Of a stretch of DNA of 54,775 nucleotides, positions 15,613-25,627 are shown one piece after another. The stretch lies in the NCBI GenBank assembly GCA_018500015.2, contig JAHBAR020000033.1:1-54775 (forward strand). Direction: 5' to 3'. The notes beneath the pieces are model-generated. The model was not told the origin of the DNA. It did no database searches and worked only from the letters and a program-made list of their open reading frames with translations. The stretch comes from Candidatus Kerfeldbacteria bacterium (GTDB lineage: Bacteria > Patescibacteriota > Patescibacteriia > UBA9570 > XYC2-FULL-38-9). Made by a program: the position numbers and the translations under genes. Each line of letters starts with the position of its first letter. Position 1 is the stretch's first letter.

Positions 15613-18533
15613 CCGCATTACCATCACAATCACCACTCGCAGATCTCCCTCGAGCCAAGAGTCGTGTAGAGCGACCTGAGCCGCAGCCAGTTACCCCACT
15701 CGAAGGTATAGATGGTAACGGCCCTGCGCTTCGCGCTGTGTTGGCAGAAAAAGGAAAAAAAGCGACTGAGGCTGGTGCGGTTTTGCGTGGGCGAGGAGAG
15801 CAAGTACGCAAAGAGGCTGGCCCTGTTGGTTTACAGCCTGCTGAAGAAGCACGATTAAGACATGCAGACCAAGAGATTGAAACTTCTCTTGTAGAATTTT
15901 TGCAGCAACTTGATGCTGCTCGTCAAGAAATTGATCGTCTCGAAGAGAACGCTCGTTTTTCAAAAAGTCTTGCAGGAAAGCTCGACAACACTCAAGAAGC
16001 TCGCGAACGTAGACGAGAGAGCACCCCTGCATTGTTAGAGAAAGCGCGAAAAGCCTATGCGGATTTATTGCGTGCATCCAGAAGTACAGAGGCAGGTCGT
16101 AAGGCACGTCGCATTCATGAGGCTCGTGTAAAATTCGCGCAACTTGAAGCGACATTAAAAGGTGGGCACATCACAGATGCACAAGCTGAGCAATTGTTGA
16201 AGAAAAAAACAGATTCAGGTCGCGCGTTGAGTCGCCATGATGCTGTGCGTGCAGAGTTTCTTGATGCAAGAGCTGAGTATGTTCAGCTTCGTGCCGAAAT
16301 CATTGGGGCCCATGTCGCAGGATTTTTACATGAGCAAGGCGCGCTTGCAGATGCACGGGCATTGGAAGTTGCTCGCGCGAGGCGTGGCGATGCATTGGAA
16401 GCTCACGTGCGCACACCGCACACAACAACAGCCCTTGAGCAGGTTGCCGGCACTGTAGAAACTGGGTGTGTTGCCGTGTATACATTATGGCGAACATTTC
16501 GTGAAGCTTCAGTGAGCAAATTTTTGGGTAAAGGTGATTCCCGTCCGCTTCGTGTGGCTATACAAGATGAGATGGTTGGTGCAGCGCCATTGCATGCCGG
16601 CGGAGAAGCTGGCGCAGTACGTATCCCTCGTCGCGTAGGAGATGTGGTGGCTGCTCTGCGTTCATCAGATGCATTGCCAACGAGCGCAGAGGAGTATGCA
16701 CAGATGCCGCGTGCTGATATTGAAGCTCTGCATCAAGAGGCGTATGCTCGTGCTATTGTGAATGGCAAAAAACCGGAAGAGGTGCCTGGGTATGCACAGC
16801 TCAAAGTTGCGCTTGCTCGTCACAACAAAGACAGGGCAGCACTACTCGTTGACACTGTTGAAGGCAAAGAAGGCGCAGCTCGCTATAACGCTCTTTTGCA
16901 CGGTGTCAAAGATATTGTCGTTTCAACAGATGCTGTATGGGAGGCTGCTCAATCTCAACCACATACAGCTCGACGCTTTCCAAGTGTTGCTGCGGCCATG
17001 GTTGGTGTTGCATTGGCTTTTGGTTCTGCCCCTGAGTTTGCTCATGCGCAAGATGCTCGGCCAGCAGCCGAAGCTGAAGCTGAGCCTAAGAGAGATGTTA
17101 CTATCACCGTTGAAGATATACGTTTTGTATACGAATCCGGTGCTTCTGAGTCAGAAGTAACGAGACTACTTTATGCTGCTATTGTAGACAGCTTACCTGA
17201 GAGTGGTGACTATCATACGGTAGGTTTTGCAAACACGACGATATGGCTTGATGTGCATGCTGAAAACATTACAGTACATTACCCCGGAGGGGCACCAGTT
17301 TCTCTTGGGACAATTGATGAGCCAGATCTTGATGCGTATGCCGACCTCTCTACTGAAATTGGAAAAATGTTTCGTCGTTACTCGGATGTCACTCTAACGC
17401 CAGAGCCTGAGGAGTCAGCAGATGATACTCTAGTGGCAGACTCTTCCGCATCTACTGAAATGCCATCAGGACTGTCGTGGGCAGAACGTCTAGCGTGGGT
17501 AAAGGCACATGAAGGAGATGCAGCTCCAAAAACTGCATTTCAACAACGTTTTGAAGCGGAGAAGACGCGTGCAGAGTCAGGTATTGAGCCTCCAAAAACC
17601 GAATTTCAGAAACGTTTGGAAGCAAACAGAGCAGCTGCAGAAGCTGGCATTGAACCACCAAAAACTCCATTTCAACAACGCTTTGAAGCGGCAAAAGCTG
17701 CGGCAGGTGCAACAGCTCCGTCAGAGACAGCAAGAGCAGTCTCTCCAGATGCACCAACCGAAGTTGTCTGGCATCGCGTTGATCATGCAACACCAACCGG
17801 ATTATTTGCCAAAGAAGAACGAAAAGCAGCTCGTGCTGTTGGTAAGAAAAGTGTCGCAGAGGTTGTTCGAACTATTGATGATGCGGTCACCTTTGATTTA
17901 GATGTGCGCTCTCCAAGGGAGCGTGCGGAAGCTCAGGGTGAAAAGGCTGGCTCACGTGTTGAGCATTACAAGCGCGCTGAAGCCGCCGATGCTGTGTGGC
18001 AAGAGCCCGCAACGCTTACTCCTGAGCGCAAAGCTGACGCACATGTTGAAATTTTGGATGGCACACTGCACTTGCCAAACGGCATGGAAGTGCATTTTTA
18101 CTCCGGTCGCGGCACAACAGGGCATCTTGATGTTACCGTCGCCAGAGCCATGCCTCCCGACACAGCTTTGAAGGCAGTGCTTGGTGCTGATTATAAAAGT
18201 GTGATCTCAGGCTTAGTAAGCAAGTATCGTCAAGAGTCTGTGGATAGGAATAAAGCGATTCTGGAGATTGAGTTCCATGCAGTGCGTTTAGCGCAGCTAC
18301 TTGAAGTTCGAGATTATATGGTTGCTGTTGGGCTTTCTGACACAAAAGAGTTTCGGTACCTACGAAGTGAAATTGAATCCGTAGCTGAAAAAGTAGGTAA
18401 ATATGGTCACGTGGTGTATGATGACCCGGAGTATGGACAACCCTCAAAAGAGCAGAAGAGTGATTACTTTATTGAGTGGGGAACACCGCGTCTTCGTGTA
18501 GTCCCTGAGCCATTGCCGGGTAAAGAAGAGTAA
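15609..18533 (+). CDS. Large hypothetical protein: coiled-coil N-half, internal signal-like segment, repeat-containing C-half
   Basis: 974-aa ORF, Ala/Glu/Arg-rich; no recognisable catalytic motif. Confidence 0.75.
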   Translation: MTALPSQSPLADLPRAKSRVERPEPQPVTPLEGIDGNGPALRAVLAEKGKKATEAGAVLRGRGEQVRKEAGPVGLQPAEEARLRHADQEIETSLVEFLQQLDAARQEIDRLEENARFSKSLAGKLDNTQEARERRRESTPALLEKARKAYADLLRASRSTEAGRKARRIHEARVKFAQLEATLKGGHITDAQAEQLLKKKTDSGRALSRHDAVRAEFLDARAEYVQLRAEIIGAHVAGFLHEQGALADARALEVARARRGDALEAHVRTPHTTTALEQVAGTVETGCVAVYTLWRTFREASVSKFLGKGDSRPLRVAIQDEMVGAAPLHAGGEAGAVRIPRRVGDVVAALRSSDALPTSAEEYAQMPRADIEALHQEAYARAIVNGKKPEEVPGYAQLKVALARHNKDRAALLVDTVEGKEGAARYNALLHGVKDIVVSTDAVWEAAQSQPHTARRFPSVAAAMVGVALAFGSAPEFAHAQDARPAAEAEAEPKRDVTITVEDIRFVYESGASESEVTRLLYAAIVDSLPESGDYHTVGFANTTIWLDVHAENITVHYPGGAPVSLGTIDEPDLDAYADLSTEIGKMFRRYSDVTLTPEPEESADDTLVADSSASTEMPSGLSWAERLAWVKAHEGDAAPKTAFQQRFEAEKTRAESGIEPPKTEFQKRLEANRAAAEAGIEPPKTPFQQRFEAAKAAAGATAPSETARAVSPDAPTEVVWHRVDHATPTGLFAKEERKAARAVGKKSVAEVVRTIDDAVTFDLDVRSPRERAEAQGEKAGSRVEHYKRAEAADAVWQEPATLTPERKADAHVEILDGTLHLPNGMEVHFYSGRGTTGHLDVTVARAMPPDTALKAVLGADYKSVISGLVSKYRQESVDRNKAILEIEFHAVRLAQLLEVRDYMVAVGLSDTKEFRYLRSEIESVAEKVGKYGHVVYDDPEYGQPSKEQKSDYFIEWGTPRLRVVPEPLPGKEE
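17523..17700 (+). repeat. Three in-frame 66-bp (22-aa) repeats
   Basis: PKTAFQQRFEAEKTRAESGIEP / PKTEFQKRLEANRAAAEAGIEP / PKTPFQQRFEAAK. Confidence 0.85.
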
Positions 18534-18537
18534 TTCC

Positions 18538-21480
18538 ATGCGGATGCACAATCTCCTTGAGGGATTAAATACACAGCAACGTCAAGCCGTTGAGCATACC
18601 GACGGTCCGCTGATGATTATTGCTGGTGCGGGCACAGGGAAGACTACGGTTATCACGCGTCGCATTGCATCCTTAATTGAGCGCGGTCTTGCGCAGCCTC
18701 ATGAAATTTTAGCATTGACATTCACAGAGAAGGCGGCCGCAGAAATGGAAGAGCGCGTTGAGGCCCTCTTGCCAATTTCAACACTGGATTTTTGGATATC
18801 CACATTTCATGGTTTTGGTGAACGCATGTTGAAAGACCATGCCATTGATATTGGTCTGCCAAATGATTTTCGTCTACTTGCCGATACTGAGCAGTTGCTA
18901 CTCTTGCGTGAGCACATCGATGATTTTGATCTTGAGTATTATCGTCCAAAAGGCAACCCAACAAAATTCGTTTCAGCATTGATTGCACATTTTTCGCGAT
19001 TAAAAGATGAGGATATTACTCCGCGTCAGTATCGCGAGTATGCAGAAAGTTTGCGCTTGGACAACGATAGTGAGCTTGAGTCACGGTATGCGGCGTTGAA
19101 TATCGATGAACAGGCGCGATTGGATGAAGCGCGTCGTATACACGAGCTGTCGACAGCGTATGCACAGTATCAAGAGTTATTACGCAATGAACATGCGCTT
19201 GATTTTGGCGATTTGATTGTTGAAACTATGCATCTGTTTCAACAGCGGCCGGCACTGCTGAAAAAATATCGGGAGCAATTTAAGTATATTCTTGTTGATG
19301 AATTTCAGGATACGAATATTGCGCAATACGAATTGATTAAAATGCTCGCAGCCCCTCATAACAATCTTACTATTGTGGCTGATGACGACCAAGCGATTTA
19401 TAGCTTCCGCGGCGCTTCGATGAGCAATATTTTGCACTTTAAAAAAGAGTATCCGCAAGCGCAAGAAATTTCACTCACGCAGAATTACCGCTCGCAGCAA
19501 GAAATCTTGGATCTTGCCTATGCGGTCATCACGCACAACAATCCATATCGGCTTGAGGATACATTGAAGATCGATAAAAAATTGCACGCACAAGTGTCTG
19601 GTCGCGCTTCTATAGAGCACATCCATGCGCAGACTGTTGATGGCGAAGCTAAGTTGGTTGCAGATAAGATTGTAGAACTCAAGAAAAAAGATCCAGAGCT
19701 TCAATGGAATGATTTTGCGATTTTAGTGCGTGCAAATGATCATGCACAGACAGTTATTCCATTTTTGGATCGCATGCATATCCCATATCAATTTTTAGCT
19801 TCTTCAGGATTGTTTAGCAAGCCGATTATTCTCGATATTATTTCTGCACTCAAACTCATCGACAATATTCATGAATCACGTGCATTGTATCGCACGCTCA
19901 CTTCACCTGTGTGGAATATTGCTCCCGAAGATGTGATGAAGTTGCTCAATCATACGCACTCAAATACAGAGTCGCTCTATGAAGCGTGTATGAATGCGCG
20001 CGTAATTTCGGGAATGAAAGAAGAGAGTTGCGTTCAGATTGAAAAATTACTTGGCGTTATTGCAGAGCTTTCGCAAGCAGCGCGTGTGCAAACGGCAGGA
20101 GAGATCGTGTTGCTGTATTTGGAAAAGTCAACGTATTTGCGTTTTATTGCTCAAGCAAAAGAGCAAATCGCTACAGAGCTGACACTGTATATTCACCAAT
20201 TGTATTCCTACATTGAACAATTTGAGCGCGCTCAAGCTGAGAAGACAGTTCATAACTTTGTGCGCGAACTCCAGATGATGATTGATGCTGGTGAAGAGGG
20301 AAGGCTCAAGCCGGACTTTGAAGATGGTCCAGAAGCGGTAAAAATGATGACCGTTCATTCGTCGAAAGGTTTGGAGTTTGAGTATGTGTTCATTATGAAT
20401 TTGGTGGATAAACGATTTCCATCTATTGGACGACGTGAGGCTATTCCGGTTCCGGATGCGCTTATTAAAGATGAGGTGCCGGAAGGTGATTGGCATCTTC
20501 AAGAGGAGCGTCGTTTATTTTATGTAGCACTCACACGCGCTCGCACTGGTGTGTACCTGACGAGCGCAGAAGATTACGGCGGCGCACGCAAGAAAAAATT
20601 ATCACTCTTTTTGGGTGAGGCAGGTTTTGATAAAACGCCTGCCGTGCCAACAGGCGACACATTGCTTGGAGTCAAAAAACCAGAGTCGATCGTGGCGCTC
20701 CAAAATGATCTGAAGCACGCGCCTCGAGTGTTCAGCTTTACACAACTCAAAGCGTACGAAACATGCCCGTGGCAATACCGTTTTTCGTTTGTGCTCAAAG
20801 TGCCAGTGCCGGGCAAACACAGCTTCTCGTTTGGAAAGTCGATGCACGCAGCACTCTATGAATTTTTCCGTCGCATCAAAGAAGATGCGGAGTTGAAGCA
20901 AAGCGGGTTGTTTGGCGGCGCACAATCAACAGCGCGTCAGCACACACTCGATGAGCTCCTCGAAATTTATGAAGAAAAGTGGTTGCCACACTGGTATCAA
21001 TCCAAGCGTCAGCGTGATGAGTATTTTCAAAAGGGCAAAGAGGCACTCACGGCGTTTTATGATCTGCATAAAAAATCTTGGCCACAGATTGCATTCTTAG
21101 AAAAAAGTTTTCAGGTGAAAGTTGGAAACGTGCTGTTGAAGGGTGCTATTGATCGTGTCGATCACACTTCTGAAGGTGCTGAGATTATAGATTACAAAAC
21201 AGGAAATTTTCCAAAAACCGGTAAAAAAGATGTAGAGCAACTCTATGTGTATGCTCTTGCGTTGCGCGAAGTATTCAAGATGGAGCCAGTAAAACTCACC
21301 TATTATTTCATTGAAGAAAATAAAACCATTACTACTGATGTTGACCCTGCAGAGCTTTTGGAGGTGACAGAGTGGGTGAATACCCTTGCTGAAAAAATTC
21401 TCGCTGGACATTTTAAACCAACCCCTGGGATGCACTGTAAATTCTGCGATTATCGCGATATTTGCGAATTTCGCGCTTAG
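18538..21480 (+). CDS. UvrD/PcrA-like SF1 helicase fused to a PD-(D/E)XK nuclease with a 4-Cys Fe-S staple
   Basis: AGAGTGKT, DEFQDTN, QNYRS, TVHSSKGLEF, EERRLFYVALTRA; CPWQY...GAIDRVD...IIDYKTG...QLYVY...CKFCDYRDIC. Confidence 0.9.
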   Translation: MRMHNLLEGLNTQQRQAVEHTDGPLMIIAGAGTGKTTVITRRIASLIERGLAQPHEILALTFTEKAAAEMEERVEALLPISTLDFWISTFHGFGERMLKDHAIDIGLPNDFRLLADTEQLLLLREHIDDFDLEYYRPKGNPTKFVSALIAHFSRLKDEDITPRQYREYAESLRLDNDSELESRYAALNIDEQARLDEARRIHELSTAYAQYQELLRNEHALDFGDLIVETMHLFQQRPALLKKYREQFKYILVDEFQDTNIAQYELIKMLAAPHNNLTIVADDDQAIYSFRGASMSNILHFKKEYPQAQEISLTQNYRSQQEILDLAYAVITHNNPYRLEDTLKIDKKLHAQVSGRASIEHIHAQTVDGEAKLVADKIVELKKKDPELQWNDFAILVRANDHAQTVIPFLDRMHIPYQFLASSGLFSKPIILDIISALKLIDNIHESRALYRTLTSPVWNIAPEDVMKLLNHTHSNTESLYEACMNARVISGMKEESCVQIEKLLGVIAELSQAARVQTAGEIVLLYLEKSTYLRFIAQAKEQIATELTLYIHQLYSYIEQFERAQAEKTVHNFVRELQMMIDAGEEGRLKPDFEDGPEAVKMMTVHSSKGLEFEYVFIMNLVDKRFPSIGRREAIPVPDALIKDEVPEGDWHLQEERRLFYVALTRARTGVYLTSAEDYGGARKKKLSLFLGEAGFDKTPAVPTGDTLLGVKKPESIVALQNDLKHAPRVFSFTQLKAYETCPWQYRFSFVLKVPVPGKHSFSFGKSMHAALYEFFRRIKEDAELKQSGLFGGAQSTARQHTLDELLEIYEEKWLPHWYQSKRQRDEYFQKGKEALTAFYDLHKKSWPQIAFLEKSFQVKVGNVLLKGAIDRVDHTSEGAEIIDYKTGNFPKTGKKDVEQLYVYALALREVFKMEPVKLTYYFIEENKTITTDVDPAELLEVTEWVNTLAEKILAGHFKPTPGMHCKFCDYRDICEFRA

Positions 21481-21481
21481 T

Positions 21482-21602
21482 GTGAGTCAATAAATGGCGC
21501 ACTGCTTGTCGTTCGCTTTCGCGCTTCTCACCGTACCGTCGCAGTACGGCTCGGGCGCGCTCAAGCTCCACGACTTCGCATTGCACTCATTTCTTGACTC
21601 AC
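21482..21602. repeat. ~120-bp imperfect palindrome (REP-like element)
   Basis: GTGAGTCAA/TTGACTCAC, AAATG/CATTT, GTCGT/ACGAC, CCGTAC/GTACGG. Confidence 0.7.
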
Positions 21603-21630
21603 TGTAGTCCATAGGTTAGTCTTCTTTCAT

Positions 21631-21954
21631 ATGTTGCGTAAAATTGCAGTGTGCCAGAATACAGTGTGTCAAAATAAGGGCTCAAAAATGGTGCTCAATC
21701 GTTTTCAATCTTTGCTGAAGGAGCGCTACGCAGACAAGTATCCAAACTTGCACATCGTCGCGTGGGATTGTATGGGTGATTGCGAAATGGGCCCTGTCGT
21801 AAAAGTAAATGATTCGACACTGTTGCGTTTAGTAGATCAAGACACTGTGGATAAGCTCATGGCAGATCCAGAAACAGTGATTGGTCAAGTGATGCATGTG
21901 CTTGAGCAAGATAGAGAAACCTTTGAGCGCATTGTCTCTGGCGATCTCTACTAA
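21631..21954 (+). CDS. Thioredoxin-like [2Fe-2S] ferredoxin domain protein
   Basis: VCQNTVC...CMGDCEMGPVV. Confidence 0.8.
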   Translation: MLRKIAVCQNTVCQNKGSKMVLNRFQSLLKERYADKYPNLHIVAWDCMGDCEMGPVVKVNDSTLLRLVDQDTVDKLMADPETVIGQVMHVLEQDRETFERIVSGDLY

Positions 21955-22069
21955 AATCCTGTACATAAGGGTTTTTTACATCTTGCGGAAATTTTTTGAT
22001 ACGTTACAATGCACGTAGTTCTTTCACATTTCTGTATTATTTTGTTTAATAAGTTACAACATATACAGT

Positions 22070-23506
22070 ATGACGTATTCACCTGAGGAGGTGTCACGAG
22101 TTTTTTCTTTGTGCAACGAGCGCAAGATAGAAATGGTTGATGTGAAGTTTACAGATCTTGAAGGTCGCTGGCGCTCAGTGACCCTCACGATGTCTCAATT
22201 TACGCCAGAGGTATTTACAAAAGGTGTCGCATTTGATGGCTCAAGCATTCCGGGATTTCAAACGATTGTTGAAAGTGACTTAGTAATGATTCCTGCACCT
22301 TCAACTGCGTTTGTTGATCCGTTTACAATAGTGCCAACGCTTTCCATCTGTGCTGACCCGATGGATCCTGTGACAGGTACATTACAAGAGTATTCCACAA
22401 ATCCTCGTTTTATTGCCCGCAAAGCATTGGACTATTTGAAGTCTACAGGTATTGCAGACACTATGTATGTGGGGCCTGAGATCGAATTTTTTATTTTTGA
22501 TGATGTGCGGTACAGTTCCGGCGATCGTCAATCTGGATATAGCGTCGATTCAGATGAGGGCGCATGGAATACATCGCAAAAGAAAGAAGAGGGGAATGCA
22601 TTACATCGTGTTCCAAATCAGCGTGGATATTTTACTGCGACTCCCTTTGACATGTACCACAACATGCGCGACGAAATGGTAAAAGAGCTTCAAAATGCAG
22701 GAGTTGTTGTTGAGCGTCATCATCATGAGGTGGGTGGTCCGGGTCAGGCAGAGATCAACATTCGTTTTCAAGAGATGCTCACACAAGCAGATCAGGTCAT
22801 GTTGTATAAATATATCGTGCGCAATGTTGCGGCGCGCCATGGAAAGAGTGTCACCTTTATGCCAAAGCCACTGTTTGCACACAATGGTTCTGGAATGCAC
22901 TGTCATCAGTCGTTGTGGAAAGAGGGTAAGCCGCTGTTTTATGATGCAGCAGGGTATGCGGGCTTAAGCGAGCTTGGTCGCTACTACGTTGGCGGTATAC
23001 TTGCACACGCTCGTTCATTACTTGCATTTGCAGCGCCGACGACAAATTCATATAAGCGTCTTACCCCGGGATACGAAGCGCCTGTTGTACTTGCATACTC
23101 AAAACGCAACCGCTCCGCTGTTGTACGTGTTCCAATTTATGACCAAACACCGGCAGGTACTCGTATTGAATTTCGTTCAAGTGATGCCGTAAGCAACCCA
23201 TACCTTGCAATGAGCGTAATGCTTTTGGCAGGGCTTGACGGCATCAAAAATAAAATTCTGCCACCTGAGCCAATGGACAAAAATTTGTTTGATCTCTCTG
23301 CAGAAGAGCAAAAAAAGATTCAGTTTGTTCCCGGCTCTCTTGAAGAGGCTCTCGAGGCATTGCGCAACGATCATGCCTATCTTACAGAAGGTGGTGTATT
23401 TAGTGAGAGCTTTATCAATAACTACATGGCATTGAAAAAAGGACAAATGGACGACGTTCGTTTGCGCCCGCATCCGCACGAATTTTCTTTGTATTACGGG
23501 CTATAA
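22070..23506 (+). CDS. glnA: Type I glutamine synthetase (GSI-beta)
   Basis: FDGSSIPGF, GPEIEFF, HHHEV, TFMPKP, NGSGMHCHQSL, NSYKRL, NRSA, IEFR. Confidence 0.96.
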   Translation: MTYSPEEVSRVFSLCNERKIEMVDVKFTDLEGRWRSVTLTMSQFTPEVFTKGVAFDGSSIPGFQTIVESDLVMIPAPSTAFVDPFTIVPTLSICADPMDPVTGTLQEYSTNPRFIARKALDYLKSTGIADTMYVGPEIEFFIFDDVRYSSGDRQSGYSVDSDEGAWNTSQKKEEGNALHRVPNQRGYFTATPFDMYHNMRDEMVKELQNAGVVVERHHHEVGGPGQAEINIRFQEMLTQADQVMLYKYIVRNVAARHGKSVTFMPKPLFAHNGSGMHCHQSLWKEGKPLFYDAAGYAGLSELGRYYVGGILAHARSLLAFAAPTTNSYKRLTPGYEAPVVLAYSKRNRSAVVRVPIYDQTPAGTRIEFRSSDAVSNPYLAMSVMLLAGLDGIKNKILPPEPMDKNLFDLSAEEQKKIQFVPGSLEEALEALRNDHAYLTEGGVFSESFINNYMALKKGQMDDVRLRPHPHEFSLYYGL

Positions 23507-23548
23507 ATATAACTAGGCAGCGTTGTATTTTTCTGCTACGCTCCTTTC

Positions 23549-24532
23549 ATGCAGGAGAGAGCATCCCATGACCACATTCACCATGTTGGCATTGAGATGA
23601 GTGATTCACACACGACTTTTAGCGTACTCTGCAACCTCTCTACGCCAACGCTTGTGCATGTTGATCGGCGCGTTCTACCTCATGGCGCTGTCTCAAATGG
23701 GGTTATTCATGGTCAGCAATCTGTTGTCTCTATTCTTCAGCCACTTATTCAAGAACTCGCGCGTTTTCCGAACGCGCGTTTTTCGCTTTCACTGCCTACG
23801 GCTCGTATCGCCTCGCATGTGTTTACATTTCCTGCTGACTTTTCAGAGCAAGATATTGATGCCGCATTAAAAAGTCAATTGGATGAATATTTCCCGTACG
23901 AAGAAGAGGACTGTGTACTGTGGTGGCGAATTGTACAACGCACAGAACAGACCGTAACAGTATTTGCTTGCGCTGCATCTCGTGCATTCGTACAGTCGTG
24001 GATTGATGTGTGCCGTGAGGCCGGGATAGTCATCTCGTTTTTGGATATTGAACCGATGAATATTTTACGCTCTATCACCACTCAAGCATCAAAGTATGGC
24101 GCAATTGTTGTACTCGATATTGGTCGTCGCATGACATACATTTCAGCTGTTGATGCACAAGGCATTCGTGAATTAAAGGTGCTTTCATGCCCTGTGCAAA
24201 AAATTCTCCATGAGTATGATGAAAAAAAATTGCGAGACACTTTAACATCAGTGGCTTATGAAGCCTCGACGATGATCAACATGTTAATCGATGTGTACGG
24301 TATTACTGTTGAAAATGTTGTTGTGTGTGGTTTTGGCGGGCGTGATCATCGTCTTGTGCAGATGCTTGAGCAACAGATTGAACGAACTCTCTCGCCATAT
24401 ATGCAGGTCACTGCTAGCGTGTCACCGCAGATGCGCCAGCTCTTTCGTGATGGGTTACCATTTGAATATGCAAACAGTGTGGGTGTTGCTCTTGGCAACA
24501 GCATGCAGCCTCCATTTCGGCCGCAGCTCTAA
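23549..24532 (+). CDS. PilM-like actin-fold protein (divergent)
   Basis: GAVSNGVI, LDIEPMNILR, VVLDIGRRMT, VVVCGFGG, YANSVGVAL. Confidence 0.7.
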   Translation: MQERASHDHIHHVGIEMSDSHTTFSVLCNLSTPTLVHVDRRVLPHGAVSNGVIHGQQSVVSILQPLIQELARFPNARFSLSLPTARIASHVFTFPADFSEQDIDAALKSQLDEYFPYEEEDCVLWWRIVQRTEQTVTVFACAASRAFVQSWIDVCREAGIVISFLDIEPMNILRSITTQASKYGAIVVLDIGRRMTYISAVDAQGIRELKVLSCPVQKILHEYDEKKLRDTLTSVAYEASTMINMLIDVYGITVENVVVCGFGGRDHRLVQMLEQQIERTLSPYMQVTASVSPQMRQLFRDGLPFEYANSVGVALGNSMQPPFRPQL

Positions 24533-24545
24533 GATCGTGAATAAG

Positions 24546-25037
24546 TTAAATCGCAAAAGTTAAAAAGAGTGTAATGGCGATGAGCTGCAAAAAAAGCGCC
24601 ATACGATAGCGTACAGGGATAAACAGAAGCTGGTGGAAAAACATATGCATGGTGTAATGTTTTTTAATAAGCCATTCACCTGCGCGACCAACGCGGCTTT
24701 TTGGAGGATGTCGGCGTAGGACACTGTCAATATTAATGAGTAGATCAGGAAGAGTTCCACCGAGCGCGCCAAGCAGAGTGAGAGATCCGTGAAAGTCATC
24801 GCCGTATGTCAGCAGCAGCGTGAGCATGAGTGAAAGGACGAGGATGTCTACCGTGCCTGCTGTTTTAGCAATGCGATCATCTTTGTTGTGGATGTATCGC
24901 CAGTACACAAATTCATCGCCGTGTGGGACCATGTCGAGCAGATAATGGCTCATGATAGCGATCAAAAAACCAAGCAAGGGATTTCCTGTCCATTCGGCGA
25001 TCATGATGCCTGCAGCAGCGTGTGTTGATAGTGTCAT
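24546..25037 (-). CDS. Membrane protein, putative metal-dependent hydrolase-like
   Basis: THAAAG, SHYLLDMVPH, LPDL and a C-terminal FFH; several TM helices. Confidence 0.65.
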   Translation of the reverse strand: MTLSTHAAAGIMIAEWTGNPLLGFLIAIMSHYLLDMVPHGDEFVYWRYIHNKDDRIAKTAGTVDILVLSLMLTLLLTYGDDFHGSLTLLGALGGTLPDLLINIDSVLRRHPPKSRVGRAGEWLIKKHYTMHMFFHQLLFIPVRYRMALFLQLIAITLFLTFAI

Positions 25038-25050
25038 ATTCGAGAAGGCT

Positions 25051-25581
25051 CTACTCAATGGTGAATTGAGTTTCTCCAGCACCAGTGCCTAACACCTCCC
25101 ACGGACCATTTTCTGATGTGGAAACAGACACTTCATAATATTCTGCTGTTCGCCCTGTATGCTGTCCAATTTCATACACCGTTATACTGTCTCCACTATG
25201 ATATGAAGCGTTGATGCGGACAATGATACTTCCTCCTTCCGTGAGCGCAAGATGAGAAGGATTTTTTTTGGATGAAAAATCGCCGATAATGGCCAATGTA
25301 TCTGAGTACGTGTTTGTTGAAGAGTCGATTGTATGTGGATGCTCAAAAGAAACAACCGCATCAACATACAATGGTGCTGAGTTTGGGCGATTCAATGTGA
25401 CTCCGCGTATGTCAGCTCCGGGCGACAAAGAGGTGTCACGAGTTATTGAACCCTGATCGATAATACGAATAAATGTTGGTTTTGCGTTTAGCGCTTGAAT
25501 TGTGAGAACAGAAATGACTACAAGAAGTACAGTAGGCAGAGAAAGAATAGCAGTTGTTTTTTTAAAAAATGGCCAACGCAT
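25051..25581 (-). CDS. Secreted or membrane-anchored beta-rich hypothetical protein
   Basis: N-terminal TM; LTEGGSI...ITVYEIG...YEVSVS...W. Confidence 0.65.
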   Translation of the reverse strand: MRWPFFKKTTAILSLPTVLLVVISVLTIQALNAKPTFIRIIDQGSITRDTSLSPGADIRGVTLNRPNSAPLYVDAVVSFEHPHTIDSSTNTYSDTLAIIGDFSSKKNPSHLALTEGGSIIVRINASYHSGDSITVYEIGQHTGRTAEYYEVSVSTSENGPWEVLGTGAGETQFTIE

Positions 25582-25627
25582 ATCACGCGACAAGCATTGT
25601 TCAATGAAAGATATAGATGGATGTGTG

